The notes: a model not told the origin generated them from the sequence alone. A stretch of DNA of 64,000 bases from Desulfatiglandales bacterium (GCA_963667015.2 CAXXJJ010000004.1:1632001-1696000), one strand, 5' to 3'. Numbered from the stretch's first letter, positions 1 to 10,321 are shown. Translations and numbers: made by a program.

Positions 1-72
1 GCCTGATCCGCCCATTCCTCTTCCTGTTCCTGCTCCCTGACCCTTAGGTCCTGTTCCGTCTCCTCTTGGCAT
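1..72 (-). CDS. DUF5320-like Gly-rich small protein, 5' part (runs off the window)
   Basis: Manual translation MPRGDGTGPKGQGAGTGRGMGGSG; RBS AGAAAGGAGA upstream; same MPxxDGTGP start as the paralogs at 1071 and 1440. Confidence 0.8.
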   Translation of the reverse strand, partial: MPRGDGTGPKGQGAGTGRGMGGSG

Positions 73-89
73 GATATTAATCTCCTTTC

Positions 90-527
90 TTAGGGTTTTG
101 ACATTTTCTTCATATAATCATCAAGGGCTTCCTGAAGTGTCGCCGAAGCTAAAAATGCACAGTGTCTGTCTTTTTCAGGTAAATCTCCCACAAACGAAAG
201 AATATACTCTCCGGTTATATCTGTAATTTCTTCAGGATTTTTTCCATGGGCAAGTTCTGCTGCAAAAGAACCGCAAACCCCGCTTGTGCCGCACCCATCT
301 GTTATAAACGATGCATCCTTAACCATTTCATTTTCAAATCTTAAAAAAATCTCCATGGTATCTCCGCAGGTCCCTTTAACCCTGCCGTAACCATCTGCAT
401 TTTCCATGGCTCCGCAATATTTGGGATTTTGCCATCTTTCAAATACTATTTCGCCGTATTCTTCCCTTGTTTCATCATATATTTGATTTTGCAGCTTATT
501 CACAAAATCATCAAAATCATCAGACAT
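90..527 (-). CDS. NifU/IscU-like Fe-S cluster scaffold protein
   Basis: GTCGDTM, DGCGTS and HCAFLA cysteine motifs of the NifU_N domain. Confidence 0.85.
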   Translation of the reverse strand: MSDDFDDFVNKLQNQIYDETREEYGEIVFERWQNPKYCGAMENADGYGRVKGTCGDTMEIFLRFENEMVKDASFITDGCGTSGVCGSFAAELAHGKNPEEITDITGEYILSFVGDLPEKDRHCAFLASATLQEALDDYMKKMSKP

Positions 528-623
528 ATAGTTTCCTCACTATGAAATAACGTGTTAAATCAAATCATATATTATTAAAAACACCCTTTTCATGCAAACA
601 CTAAATCTCACCTGCATTATTTT

Positions 624-693
624 TGGGCATATGCCCATATTATTTACTTGACAGTATATATTTACAGATTATATTATGGGCGTACGCTCATAA
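624..693. promoter_or_regulatory. Divergent promoter region with two related palindromes (putative DUF134 operators) flanking a sigma70 -35/-10
   Basis: TGGGCATATGCCCA (624-637) and TTATGGGCGTACGCTCATAA (674-693); TTGACA at 648-653. Confidence 0.6.
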
Positions 694-704
694 AGGAGGT
701 AAAA

Positions 705-1043
705 ATGCCAAGGCCAAGAAAGCCGCGATTTATTCAGGGGCATCCCATTGTAAAATCGTTTATACCTGACACCATTCCACCCTGGGGAGAAGGTGTTAAT
801 ACCCTTTCCTTAGAAGGTCTGGAGGCTATCAAGTTAAATGATTATCAGGGGATGGACCAGGAGACCGCATCAAAAATGATGAACGTCTCCAGACAGACCT
901 TTGGAAGAATTCTGGCCGAGGCAAGGGCCATTATAGCCGATGCCCTTGTTATGGGCAAAACACTCAGAATCGAAGGCGGTAATTTTGACATGCCGCCCAG
1001 AGGAAGAGGACGCCATCGACGTGGTCGTGGCGGAAAATTTTAA
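705..1043 (+). CDS. DUF134 (UPF0251) HTH DNA-binding protein
   Basis: MPRPRKPR start after AAGGAGGT; LEAIKLNDYQGMDQETASKMMNVSRQTFGRIL...ALVMGKTLRIEGG signature. Confidence 0.9.
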   Translation: MPRPRKPRFIQGHPIVKSFIPDTIPPWGEGVNTLSLEGLEAIKLNDYQGMDQETASKMMNVSRQTFGRILAEARAIIADALVMGKTLRIEGGNFDMPPRGRGRHRRGRGGKF

Positions 1044-1070
1044 ATTTTATTATGGAAGGAGGTGTATCTT

Positions 1071-1343
1071 ATGCCTGGATTTGACGGAACAGGACCCTCA
1101 GGAATGGGTTCCATGACAGGAAGGGGTCTGGGATACTGTGCCCCTTCACAGAGGAACAATATTCCGGAATTCACAGACAGGCCGGTGTATCCGGGGCCCC
1201 AGTACGGACCCGGTTCAGGAAGAAGATTTGGTTTTGGCAGATGGTTTGGATTTGGCCGGAGCAGGGGTAATGGCCGGGGATTTTTACCGGGTTTTATTCG
1301 TGGCAGGGGCCACGGATATGGAAGAGGATATGGCCGCCCTTAG
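1071..1343 (+). CDS. DUF5320 family Gly/Arg-rich protein
   Basis: MPGFDGTGPSGMGSMTGRGLGYC motif; RBS AAGGAGG. Confidence 0.85.
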   Translation: MPGFDGTGPSGMGSMTGRGLGYCAPSQRNNIPEFTDRPVYPGPQYGPGSGRRFGFGRWFGFGRSRGNGRGFLPGFIRGRGHGYGRGYGRP

Positions 1344-1439
1344 GGCACCAGGCCTTAAACTCTTAGCAGCTGTCTAAAACTTAACCTGTATTTTTACAGG
1401 CCTTAACAGACTTAATCATTCAGAAAGGAGGTATTTATT

Positions 1440-1793
1440 ATGCCTGGATTTGATGGAACAGGACCACAGGGCGGTGGCCCCATGACAGGTGGTGCACGAG
1501 GATACTGCAACCCCGGAAACAGTGGTTATTTGAACCGGTATGGACGGGGATACGGTATGGGAAGAGGTTTTCGCGGTGGCTCTGGAGGCGGCTTCGGACG
1601 TGGCCGCGGCTATGGAAGAGGCACAGGCCCTATGGGTGCTTATCAGCCATACGGCGCATGGTATGCACCCGCAGCACCATACGCAATGAAACCGGAAGAT
1701 GAACTAAGCATGTTAAAGGATGATGCAGCCGCGATAAAAAGTGATCTGGAAGCAATAAACAGTAGAATTAATGAGATTGAATCTCAGTCGTAG
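1440..1793 (+). CDS. DUF5320 family protein with C-terminal coiled coil
   Basis: MPGFDGTGPQGGGPMTGGARGYC, Gly-rich middle, ELSMLKDDAAAIKSDLEAINSRINEIE tail. Confidence 0.9.
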   Translation: MPGFDGTGPQGGGPMTGGARGYCNPGNSGYLNRYGRGYGMGRGFRGGSGGGFGRGRGYGRGTGPMGAYQPYGAWYAPAAPYAMKPEDELSMLKDDAAAIKSDLEAINSRINEIESQS

Positions 1794-1827
1794 AATTTAT
1801 TATTTATTTCATTTCAATACCACATTA

Positions 1828-1864
1828 GCATGTAGAGACGGATTATAAACCCGTCTCTACATGC
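1828..1864. repeat. GTAG-type REP-like palindrome (may double as terminator)
   Basis: GCATGTAGAGACGG...CCGTCTCTACATGC perfect arms. Confidence 0.75.
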
Positions 1865-1969
1865 CCTAACCGCCTATTAAAAGACAACATTTTAACAGTC
1901 TAAAAACCGGTAAATTACCTGTAACCCCGCATTCTTAAGGTTATACAAATCCTCCTCTCAAAAAACAAT

Positions 1970-2025
1970 TTGACAAACCAAAAATATTTACGCTACACTG
2001 TACTAGTTCAGTAGTACAGTGTAGC
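1970..2025 (+). promoter_or_regulatory. sigma70 promoter overlapped by YtrA-type operator
   Basis: TTGACA 1970-1975, TACACT 1994-1999; palindrome GCTACACTGTACTA-N6-TAGTACAGTGTAGC (1992-2025) directly before a GntR/YtrA gene. Confidence 0.8.
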
Positions 2026-2065
2026 TCGTACTTTAATCTTTTTACAATCTGTATACAGGGAAAAT

Positions 2066-2461
2066 ATGTTTATTCAGATAAATCCTTCTTCCAGCACACC
2101 AATCTATGTTCAGATAATGGAGCAGGTAAAATACGCGATCGCTTCCGGAGTTGCAAAGGAAGGAGATCAGCTTTTATCTGTTCGCGAGCTTGCAAGGCAA
2201 TTGCGCGTTAACCCCAACACCATATCCAAGGCCTATCACGAACTGGAGCGCGAAAAATATTTAACAACCCACAAAGGAAAGGGAGTTTACATAGCTCCCT
2301 CAACCAGCGTCCTTACACAGGAAGAAAAGGAAAGACTGGTAGCTGAAAAACTGGAGGCTGCCCTGGTTGATGCCAGAAACCTTGGTCTTTCATTCAAGGA
2401 TGTGAGAGATATTCTCAAGAAAACAATGGATAATTTTAAAAAGACAGGAGAAAAGTCGTGA
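2066..2461 (+). CDS. GntR family (YtrA subfamily) transcriptional regulator
   Basis: PIYVQI...SVRELARQLRVNPNTISKAYHELE wHTH, short C-terminus, precedes ABC ATPase. Confidence 0.92.
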   Translation: MFIQINPSSSTPIYVQIMEQVKYAIASGVAKEGDQLLSVRELARQLRVNPNTISKAYHELEREKYLTTHKGKGVYIAPSTSVLTQEEKERLVAEKLEAALVDARNLGLSFKDVRDILKKTMDNFKKTGEKS

Positions 2462-3360
2462 ACGAGAACGCAGTAGAGATTGAAAATATAGATAAGATTT
2501 TCCGTCGTAAAACAGTGCTAAAAGATCTGAACTTTTCTATTCCAAGGGGAGTTGTTTACGGGCTCCTCGGCCTGAACGGTGCTGGTAAAACCACCACACT
2601 TCGTATTCTGCTCGGACTGCTTTTCCCTGACAGGGGGCAGACTAGCGTGCTTGGAATTAATTCACAGAAACAGGGCGAAAAAATCCGGCAAAGGGTTGGC
2701 TATGTTGCAGAAGGTCAGCAACTCTACCAGTGGATGACAATAAAAGAGATATTATGGTTCAACGGCAGCCTATATAAAAACTGGGATACAGATTATGCAT
2801 ACTCATTAATAAAACGATTTGAGCTTGACCCAAAAGACAAAATCAAAAATCTGTCCAGAGGCATGCTCAGCAAATTAAGCCTTACACTGGCTCTTGGACA
2901 CAGACCCGAACTTCTTATCCTTGATGAAGCCACATCCGGTCTGGATGCAATTGTGAGGCGTGAGTTTTTAGACAGCATTGTGGAACTTGTAAACGACGAA
3001 GGGCACAGCGTTGTCATTTCATCTCATCTTCTCACTGACATGGAACGGATTGTAGATGAGATAGGCATATTGCATCAAGGTCATATAACCGAATCAGGAA
3101 GCCTTGAAGATTTTAAGAATTCATACCGCAAAGTAAAACTGTCTTTTGAAGAGCCTCCCCAAAACAGTTTTCACCTGCCGGATACAATTAATGAAAAACA
3201 TTCGGGAAGAGAAGCCATAATCACATTTAGAAATTACTCTTCTCAAAAAGAAAAAGAGTTAAATAGCCTGGGTGCAAAAAATATCGACTTCATAAATATG
3301 AGCCTTGAAGACCTGTTCAGCGAATGCCTTTTCCTTCCTGAACCAGACAGGGAGAAGTAA
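2458..3360 (+). CDS. ABC transporter ATP-binding protein (YtrB-like)
   Basis: Walker A GLNGAGKTT, LSRGM signature, LLILDE Walker B, SSH. Confidence 0.95.
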   Translation: MNENAVEIENIDKIFRRKTVLKDLNFSIPRGVVYGLLGLNGAGKTTTLRILLGLLFPDRGQTSVLGINSQKQGEKIRQRVGYVAEGQQLYQWMTIKEILWFNGSLYKNWDTDYAYSLIKRFELDPKDKIKNLSRGMLSKLSLTLALGHRPELLILDEATSGLDAIVRREFLDSIVELVNDEGHSVVISSHLLTDMERIVDEIGILHQGHITESGSLEDFKNSYRKVKLSFEEPPQNSFHLPDTINEKHSGREAIITFRNYSSQKEKELNSLGAKNIDFINMSLEDLFSECLFLPEPDREK

Positions 3361-3362
3361 TA

Positions 3363-5804
3363 ATGTACAGAGCGCTGCTATGGAAAGAGTGGAGAGAATC
3401 CCGCTTTTTTTTGTTTATAATGGCGACAGGAACCTTTTTGCTCTCATTGATATTCAGAAGTTTAGAGCTAAACGATAATGATATCCTTGCATTTTTATAT
3501 GTAATCATATGGACGTTTTTTACCGTGCTGCTGGCAGCCAGCCAGTTTTCAAATGAAGCTGAATCCGGAACTTCTGACTTTCTGCTATCCCGTCCCGCTC
3601 ACTGGTTTAAAATCTGGCTGATTAAAACATTATACGGTATATGTGCTCTTCTGGCATTTGGTTTTATCCTATTATTACTGGGTTCTTTTTTTATCCCCTC
3701 TCTTATAAAATCGACAACTATCCTACCGGAATTTATCCGGACTTCGCCCTCAACACCTCCTGTTTTTTTTGGAACCATCCTATTCTCAATAATGTTCTGC
3801 CTATATTTTACAGGATGTATTGTATCTACAAGTATTAAATCTTCATTAAAAGGAGCGCTTGCTACACTCATTGTATCAGGATTTTTTGTATTTATTCTGA
3901 TAAGATCTTCATTTCTTTTTAACTTTACATCTTCCAGCTATATATTCTGGATAATATTTCCGGTACTGTTTTTTATTATTTTTATAAAGCATCAGGCGAA
4001 TTTATATATTACAAAAATATCATACTGGACTCTTTCAATTGGAGGATCATTATTCTGGATGATCTTCTTTATAAAAGGCGTAAGTTTACTAATAATACTT
4101 AGACAGGTCAGATACTTTAATCTACCAGTATCCATTCCAAAGGACTTTTTATTCTTCCTTATACTATTCAGCTTTATGATATCTGCTTTAATAACTTCAT
4201 TTTTTGCCTGTGGAGTTAATCAAAGAAACTACCCGGGCTGGTGGAAATTAATCAGCAGTATCAATCTTCTTATTATTTTTACCATTTGCACTGCTGCAAT
4301 TCTCTCTGAGGTCATGCCATCAACAGCGCATAAAAGCCTGGCAGAAAGACCTCTTGACCGGAGAGAATACTATAGCCCTCCAATTATTATCAGTCGTTAT
4401 GACTACATAAAAAAACCTCTGCTGTTTAAAGGGAATATCCCATACTGGGAAGGAAAAGTTTCTTACCGGCATATAATTCTCAATGAAAACAGCGGTGAGG
4501 CATATCCACTTGGCACAGGGAAATTCATGATTCATGATATTTATGATGTTTCGATTAGAAGCCAGTGGGCAGTCTATTCCTGCCCTGCTTTAAGGTGGGG
4601 AGTATACTATATTTGGGGACTGTGGTCTGAGAACTTAAAAACTAACAAACAGCACCTGTTAATGACAGGGAATAGCATTCCAAGCATAAAAGGAAGATTG
4701 TTTGATAAAGGTTCACGCTTATTAATAATTGATGAGACTAACAGCAATAAAATTCTTTTTTCGATCAAAAATGGAACACCATATAAAATCAATAAAGTGC
4801 ATGAGCCAGGTACAAGTGAACTGTTGCACATTGATACAAATAATAAACTTTACTTCTATAATACACTGAACCGGATCATCACTTGTTATAACCATGATCT
4901 GATCAAGGAATATGAATTATCTGTAGTTAAAGATAAGATGAAAGAAATTATTTCAGGCTATATTCAGAATAAACAATCCAATCATAATAAGGATAGAACT
5001 TACATTGATTTAGACTATTTTACCGTAGGAAGAGACGGAAGATTAAAGCAAAGGTCAAATAACGATCTTCCAAATATGTATTTTTCAGAACCATACTTTT
5101 CTATATCTCCAGATAATAAATATTTGATTTTCAATATAAGTATCCATTCTAAAACCGGTGAAGCAAAAAAACTATTCTATAAACCGCAGTATAAAAGCTG
5201 GTGTGTATCTTTACCTGATGGTATTTACAATAAAGTATTTGAAGAAAATAATATTAATTCGAATTCCTACAACTGGGTTCCAGGAACCGACAGCATTCTG
5301 GCAGTTTATCAGAAAACAAAACAGGAAAATAAGGTACTTCTTATTGATCTCAAAAAAGGGATCAGTAAAAACCTAATAAATGAAGAATCTTTCGATATGC
5401 AAGACAAGCTATCGATCGAGTGGTCAGATAATGGGAAAAATCTAATAGTATACAGTTCATCAGGGCTACCGAGAAAAAAGACTGTCAGCCTGTACAGGTT
5501 TGATCCGGATACTCTTACATTTAGTTTTATTACTTCTACGACTGGCTTACAGAATGGACATTTCAAATATAATGTTAAGAGGTGGTCATTAGATCATTCT
5601 CAAATAGTTTTTTGCGAGTTAAATAGCGGTATTATTTGGAGGTTAGACCTTAATGAAGGGAAATGGTCTAAATTAAAAAGTCCTTTTAAAAATTGTGAGC
5701 TTATAGGAATAAGCAATAAAGGTGAAGTGTATGTAGCTCCCTTGAGTGGCGCAAAAATATACCGTGTTACTGAAACAGATTCTGAAATTATATATGAAGG
5801 ATGA
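3363..5804 (+). CDS. ABC-2 type permease with large C-terminal extracytoplasmic (TolB/WD40-like) domain
   Basis: ALLWKEWRE start, E..SGT.DFLLSRP motif, about 9-10 TM segments, then hydrophilic domain with SPDNKY / WSDNGK repeats. Confidence 0.7.
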   Translation: MYRALLWKEWRESRFFLFIMATGTFLLSLIFRSLELNDNDILAFLYVIIWTFFTVLLAASQFSNEAESGTSDFLLSRPAHWFKIWLIKTLYGICALLAFGFILLLLGSFFIPSLIKSTTILPEFIRTSPSTPPVFFGTILFSIMFCLYFTGCIVSTSIKSSLKGALATLIVSGFFVFILIRSSFLFNFTSSSYIFWIIFPVLFFIIFIKHQANLYITKISYWTLSIGGSLFWMIFFIKGVSLLIILRQVRYFNLPVSIPKDFLFFLILFSFMISALITSFFACGVNQRNYPGWWKLISSINLLIIFTICTAAILSEVMPSTAHKSLAERPLDRREYYSPPIIISRYDYIKKPLLFKGNIPYWEGKVSYRHIILNENSGEAYPLGTGKFMIHDIYDVSIRSQWAVYSCPALRWGVYYIWGLWSENLKTNKQHLLMTGNSIPSIKGRLFDKGSRLLIIDETNSNKILFSIKNGTPYKINKVHEPGTSELLHIDTNNKLYFYNTLNRIITCYNHDLIKEYELSVVKDKMKEIISGYIQNKQSNHNKDRTYIDLDYFTVGRDGRLKQRSNNDLPNMYFSEPYFSISPDNKYLIFNISIHSKTGEAKKLFYKPQYKSWCVSLPDGIYNKVFEENNINSNSYNWVPGTDSILAVYQKTKQENKVLLIDLKKGISKNLINEESFDMQDKLSIEWSDNGKNLIVYSSSGLPRKKTVSLYRFDPDTLTFSFITSTTGLQNGHFKYNVKRWSLDHSQIVFCELNSGIIWRLDLNEGKWSKLKSPFKNCELIGISNKGEVYVAPLSGAKIYRVTETDSEIIYEG

Positions 5805-8232
5805 AAGATATGTACAAAGCATTATTATGGAAAGAATGGAAAGAAACACGCCTCTTTTTATTAATCATGGCTTCAGGAGTTCCATGCTTCTCTATATTAT
5901 TAAATATTTTAGAAAATAAGAGTGATATAAAAGCAGATGCTAATTTAGTAGTGTATTGTCTTTTATTAGTTTTTTATTCTGTCCTGCTTGGATCCGTTCA
6001 ATTTGCAGGTGAAAAGGAATCGGGTACCACTGAATTTATACAGTCCCGCCCGATTCACTGGTTTAATATCTGGCTATTCAAGGTTGTATACGGATCAGCC
6101 AGCCTGATACTTTTCATATTATTTCTTTTTGTCATGGGGAATATTTTCATATCACCATTTTTAGGTAGCGGTACATTGATTCAGGAATTTTTAACCTTAA
6201 TTCCTGATTTCACGGTATTTACAGATTTAAATAAAATACTTTTTTTAATAGTTCCTTTTACCCTCTATTTTTTCAGTTGCACAGTATCTACTAATATTAA
6301 ATCCACACTTATTACAGTTATAGTAACTTATATAACCGCACTGTTTCTCCTTCTTTTATTAGACTGCTCTTTTACATCTATATACCTTAGTGCCTCGCTC
6401 TACATCTTTTTAAGTATATCTTTGTTAGTATATTACCCATTCTGTTTTTTATTATCTTTGTTAAGCACAGACAGACGAACTGTTTTACAAAAATAGCCTG
6501 CTGGACACTGCCTGTCGGTACTGTTTATTTATGGATATTCAAATTTTTTTCCGGTGGAAGACTCTCTCCCCGTTTGCTGACAAATGATATTCCTTTCGGC
6601 AGATACTTCATTAACACAGATAATATATATTTCGCCTATTTAATACCCGCCGGCTTTGTTGCTGCTGTTGTAACCTCTATTTTCTCATCAGGGATATTTC
6701 GAAGAGAATACCGCTTCTGGTGGAAATCTTTGAGCTGTCTGAATTTTTTTATAATAACCTCATTCTGCTTTATAGCTATCCTGACGTCTATTACACCAGG
6801 TGTATCCAGTATCGACTTTGGAAATAATACAAACCCTTCAAATCCTGCATTAAAGTTTCATGATGAACACAGGGTCATAGACAATTCCGGTTCAACTTTT
6901 ATTATTGCAAAAAGCCTGGGCAGCAAGAGCGAACCTTCACTAAAAAACAAATCCATGTTGACCAGCGCAAGAATTTCCGAGAAACACTTTCTTCTGAATG
7001 ATGAAAAAGGCAAGGTAACTTTTTTTGGAAGAGAAAAGTTTATGCGTAAAAAGCCGCTGATGGTTTCTCCTGATCAGCGCTGGGTAATATACGCATGCCC
7101 TAAACTTAACTGGAAGTTATATCACACATCAGGACTATGGGCTGAAAACCTGGAGACTTCAGAACAGTATTTCCTGATGGACCTGATTATGGTTAGTATA
7201 AGGAGAAGCCATTGGCTTGATAAAGGCAAACGTTTTATCCTTTTTGATAAACAAAATGCACGCAATAACCTTTATTTATTTTCAGTAGAAAATAATTCCC
7301 CTGGATTAATAAAAAAAGTACAAATCCCACATGAATATTCATTTCACCATATTGATGATATGGGGAAAATGTATTTCTATAATTTTTTTTCAAATATTAT
7401 AACCTGTTATAATCGTGACCTGGAAAAAGAATACGACACAACAGCAATCCAGGATAAGGTCAACAAGCTCAAATCAGAATTTAAAGGCAAAAATGTAGAA
7501 GTGAATTCCTCGCAGCCTGTTATTTCACCTGACGGTAAATATATGCTGTTTGACACATATGCTCCTAACTACAGCAAGGCAGGTGAGGGAAGACAGCAAA
7601 GCTGGCGTGTATCTTTACCGGATGGAGAATATAAAAAAATCGGTTCTTTCAATTTCAGCGGTTATACTGACAGTTGGAGAAACATTCCATGGCACCCTGT
7701 TGCCAAAAACCTTTGGTTCCACAGGAAAACAGAACAAGGTGACCGGGGATTTGGTCTTTTTGACATAGAAAGCGGAACAGATAAATCACTGATTACAATA
7801 AAAAGACAGTTTCGTAACGCAAATGAGCCTTATTACTTCATGTGCGATTTTGCCTGGTCTGGAGACGGTAAATATTTTTTAATTTATGAGACCAGTAATC
7901 ATACAGACATGACTAATATAAAAGTTAAGCTTTACTCATTCGATTTAGAAACCCGAACCAGCGCTTTTGTTTCAACAAAGAATGGCTTAAGAAAAAAATC
8001 ACAACTATGGTCTAAAGCACGATCTCATGTTGTTTTTCAATCAAAAGCAGGCAATGAATTATGGATACTTGACTTAACAAGAGGTAAATGGACCATGATA
8101 TCACCTCCTTTTAAAGACTATACCATCCTTGGAATCAATAATAGCGGGGAGGTATTTGCTGTCCCAAAAGGTAAAGTTCAGATCTATCGACTTACACAAA
8201 ATAAACCGGAAATTATTTATCAGGAAAAATAG
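5801..8232 (+). pseudogene. Paralogous ABC permease/beta-propeller gene split by a single frameshift near 6391-6415 (ORFs 5801-6496 and 6574-8232)
   Basis: The -1 frame from about 6412 reads KYIFVSILPILFFIIFVKHRQTNCFTKIACWTL, matching paralog SYIFWIIFPVLFFIIFIKHQANLYITKISYWTL; the rejoined gene is about 810 aa versus 813 aa. Confidence 0.8.
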
Positions 8233-8234
8233 AA

Positions 8235-8903
8235 ATGATTAAAGCACTATTATGGAAAGAATATCGTGAATCGCGCCTTTCTCTGGCGCTAACATCCTTC
8301 GGCTCCACTGTTATATTCTGGTTATTATTTTTTTCGAAAATGCATTGGCAGTATATGTCCCCTCAAGGATCTTTGGAAGTAATGATATTACCCTTACCTG
8401 GCATAATCTCTAATTATCCAATCATACCGCTAATAACTGTTTTTACAATTATAACAGGGGCAGACTCATTTGCATCGGAATATCAGTCAAAAACATTTGA
8501 TTTTCTGGTAAGTCGTGCAGTAAGTCGTGAAACAGTGTGGCATTCAAAGTTTGGCTTAAGATTTTCTATGCTTTTTTTCCCAATATTTTATTTTATTTTT
8601 ATTAACTGTTTTTTACACACGAAGCTGGCAGGTCTTCAATATCAGGGTATGTTCATCGGAGCTACAATCTTATTATTCAGCATGTGTTTTTTCTTTTCGA
8701 CAATATTCAGCAGGCCTTTTATAGCCGGTGTAACAGGCATTATTGTTTTTTTAGGATTTGCTATGCTGTTTTATCAATTTTTTAAAAATTATCTTGCTTT
8801 TTCGATATGCTCAATAATTCTGTCCAACCTGATTCTAAGAGCGTCCTTCGCAATATTTACAAAGGGCAGGTTTTTACATGCAAGGAATAAAATGATGACA
8901 TAG
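8235..8903 (+). CDS. ABC-2 type permease subunit
   Basis: KALLWKEYRESR start, FASEYQSKTFDFLVSRAVSR motif, about 6 TM segments. Confidence 0.75.
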   Translation: MIKALLWKEYRESRLSLALTSFGSTVIFWLLFFSKMHWQYMSPQGSLEVMILPLPGIISNYPIIPLITVFTIITGADSFASEYQSKTFDFLVSRAVSRETVWHSKFGLRFSMLFFPIFYFIFINCFLHTKLAGLQYQGMFIGATILLFSMCFFFSTIFSRPFIAGVTGIIVFLGFAMLFYQFFKNYLAFSICSIILSNLILRASFAIFTKGRFLHARNKMMT

Positions 8904-9073
8904 CAGGTAAACCTTATTCATCATACTCATACGTGGAATTCAGGGAATTAAAAACCAAACAATATCTGATAGAAGCCAAAAGAATCCTCTCCGATTCACA
9001 ATATGAAAAGTTTGTTAATTTTGTAAAAGAAAGATATGCGGCGCAGGATTCGTTTTTTGCAGTTGGCAATTAT

Positions 9074-9577
9074 TTACATAATTGATTTAAGTGGTAAAAA
9101 CAGGCGAAACGGCTTGTCACAAAGAGGCTTGAAGCCGTATTGTTTGTAAAAAGATATTGCTTTTTCGTTGATAGCATCAACAACCATAGCGTATATAGCT
9201 ATCTCATTGCTGACTGCCATTGTACGTTTTATCGCATCAGCCAGTAATACTCTTCCAACCCCGTTTCCCTGGGCAAATACTGCAACAGCAAGCCGGCCTA
9301 TAAGTGCAGCAGGGATGGGATGTTTCGGCAGTTTTTTTATTAATTTTTCGGGCAGGTTTTTTAATTCAATTGACAGAGAACTAAGGGTGTAATAGCCAAT
9401 TACTTTTTCCATGTTGTCAGGCTGAACAGCAACATAAACACGGCTGATATTTCTTTTATTATCCTGCCCGGCCTGCCTTTGAAGGTAATTATCCAAGGCT
9501 TCAACACCGCATTTAAATCCGGGCCTGCTGTGTGACCGGCTTATAGGTTCTATTATAAGTTTATCAATATCACTCAT
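9074..9577 (-). CDS. GNAT acetyltransferase toxin (TacT/AtaT-like)
   Basis: FKCGVEALDNYL, IPAALIGRLAV...QGNGVGRVLL, VVDAINEKAISFYKQYGF; overlaps antitoxin by 4 nt. Confidence 0.9.
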   Translation of the reverse strand: MSDIDKLIIEPISRSHSRPGFKCGVEALDNYLQRQAGQDNKRNISRVYVAVQPDNMEKVIGYYTLSSLSIELKNLPEKLIKKLPKHPIPAALIGRLAVAVFAQGNGVGRVLLADAIKRTMAVSNEIAIYAMVVDAINEKAISFYKQYGFKPLCDKPFRLFLPLKSIM

Positions 9578-9861
9578 TTATTGTTAACCCTTTGAGAATG
9601 TTCCCCAAGGGCATCTGTCAGTTTTTTATTAAATTTCACACTGCCGGATAATGCATTTAAAAAGACCTTTGAATTCTTTTCATTCAAGGATATTGATTCA
9701 TGCTTGCGAACAGTTTCTTCAGCCCTTTCCATTGCGCTGTTAATAATAAAATTACTAACAGTTTTTCCTTCAAAACTCGCCGCCCGTTCCAAAAGGGTTT
9801 TTAGAGAGCCATTCAGGCGAAGATTTATTCTCTCATTTTTTAATTCAGTTGAAGTCTGCAT
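9574..9861 (-). CDS. DUF1778 RHH antitoxin (TacA/AtaR-like)
   Basis: KNERINLRL...LERAASFEGKTVSNFI...ISLNEKNSKVFLNAL. Confidence 0.9.
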   Translation of the reverse strand: MQTSTELKNERINLRLNGSLKTLLERAASFEGKTVSNFIINSAMERAEETVRKHESISLNEKNSKVFLNALSGSVKFNKKLTDALGEHSQRVNNK

Positions 9862-9894
9862 ATTTATATCCTTTTTATTTTTTCAATGACATAA

Positions 9895-9923
9895 ACTGTA
9901 CACCTAAATGGTGCCTTTGTCAA
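9895..9923 (-). promoter_or_regulatory. TA operon promoter with internal palindrome
   Basis: Minus strand TTGACA-17 bp-TACAGT; the spacer contains CACC-ATTTA-GGTG. Confidence 0.65.
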
Positions 9924-10155
9924 CAATCACAACCCGCATTTTTTATCATTATCACTCTGTTCCAAAGGTCCCGAGGGAAAGCTCTTTCTGACGCGCCATG
10001 TCTCATTTGAGTTTCTACATACATTATTGTTTTTTCTATCATAACTTTTATCATTTGAATTATGTATCTCTTCATAGATTATTAACGCAGAGCGTTTAAA
10101 AAAAGGAGTTTCAATGGAGACCGCTGGAACTAGAAGAAAAGTACATTATCAGCAA

Positions 10156-10238
10156 TGTAGGGACAGGCCGGGATGCCTGCCCAACAATGAGGGTTCACAT
10201 CACCAAATACCGGACGGACACACTGGGCCGCCCCTACA
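10156..10238. repeat. Composite GTAG REP-like element
   Basis: TGTAGGGACAGGC...GCCTGCCC...GGGCCGCCCCTACA. Confidence 0.55.
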
Positions 10239-10321
10239 ATGTTACGACTCAACCTAAGCGACTAAATCCTTTTCACACCGTTAACCCTCAACACTCAACC
10301 AACAACACACAACAAACACAA

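Noticed and set aside
1071..1793. Gly-rich small proteins as RiPP precursors
   Set aside because: They match DUF5320 and no modifying enzymes (rSAM, YcaO, LanM) are nearby; the adjacent ABC operon has its own promoter
8890..9085. Open frame NDDIAGKPYSSY...NYLHN after the third permease
   Set aside because: Preceded by an in-frame TAA with no good start or RBS; at most a gene remnant
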